From assembly GCF_030028105.1 (NCBI RefSeq), contig NC_092400.1:6138001-6202000 (forward strand): a stretch of 64,000 nt of DNA, read 5' to 3'. The notes below the pieces were generated by a model, which worked only from the letters and a program-made list of their open reading frames with translations, was not told the origin of the DNA and ran no database searches. The stretch is from Mobula birostris. Lineage: Eukaryota. This document shows, piece after piece, positions 63,972 through 64,000 of this stretch. Numbering within the stretch: position 1 is the stretch's first letter; every line of letters starts with the position of its first letter. The translations under genes were made by a program, and so were the position numbers.

Positions 63972-64000
63972 TGTCCTGATGAAGGGTCTCAACCCGAAAC
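63972..64000 (+). ncRNA. Start of a Penelope-type hammerhead motif, cut by the window end
   Basis: UGUC-CUGAUGA-A-GGGUCUCAACCC-GAAAC; core intact up to the window edge. Confidence 0.6.

Overview
Eukaryotic, repeat-dominated vertebrate genomic DNA. The repeat families (CR1/HER1-type LINEs, Rex1/Babar, V-SINEs, GIY-YIG Penelope-like elements) suggest a cartilaginous fish, probably a ray; this is inference. One host coding exon is recognisable and is missing from the ORF track: 60142-60233 (+), 92 nt, encoding the C-terminal half of the KREMEN1 kringle domain (RNPDNDVRPWCYIAEHEDSVYWKYCDIPTCH). The rest appears to be kremen1 intron, with at least 60 kb upstream lacking a recognisable preceding exon. 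The introns hold truncated CR1, Rex1/Babar, RTE, Penelope-like, Gypsy, Tc1, Tigger/pogo, hAT and Chapaev3 fragments, often nested. Nearly all ORFs in the track are TE fragments or noise. Highlights: about 10 minimal hammerhead-ribozyme motifs in Penelope-like terminal repeats; a size series of fold-back Penelope insertions with 12-16 bp TSDs; a 436-bp palindromic hAT MITE whose arms contain a captured Tc1 fragment; a Chapaev3 transposon relic; and a two-copy bipartite RTE-derived element with a partial HDV/CPEB3-like motif. TE boundaries are approximate unless a TSD is quoted. Family names come from motif recognition, not database searches.
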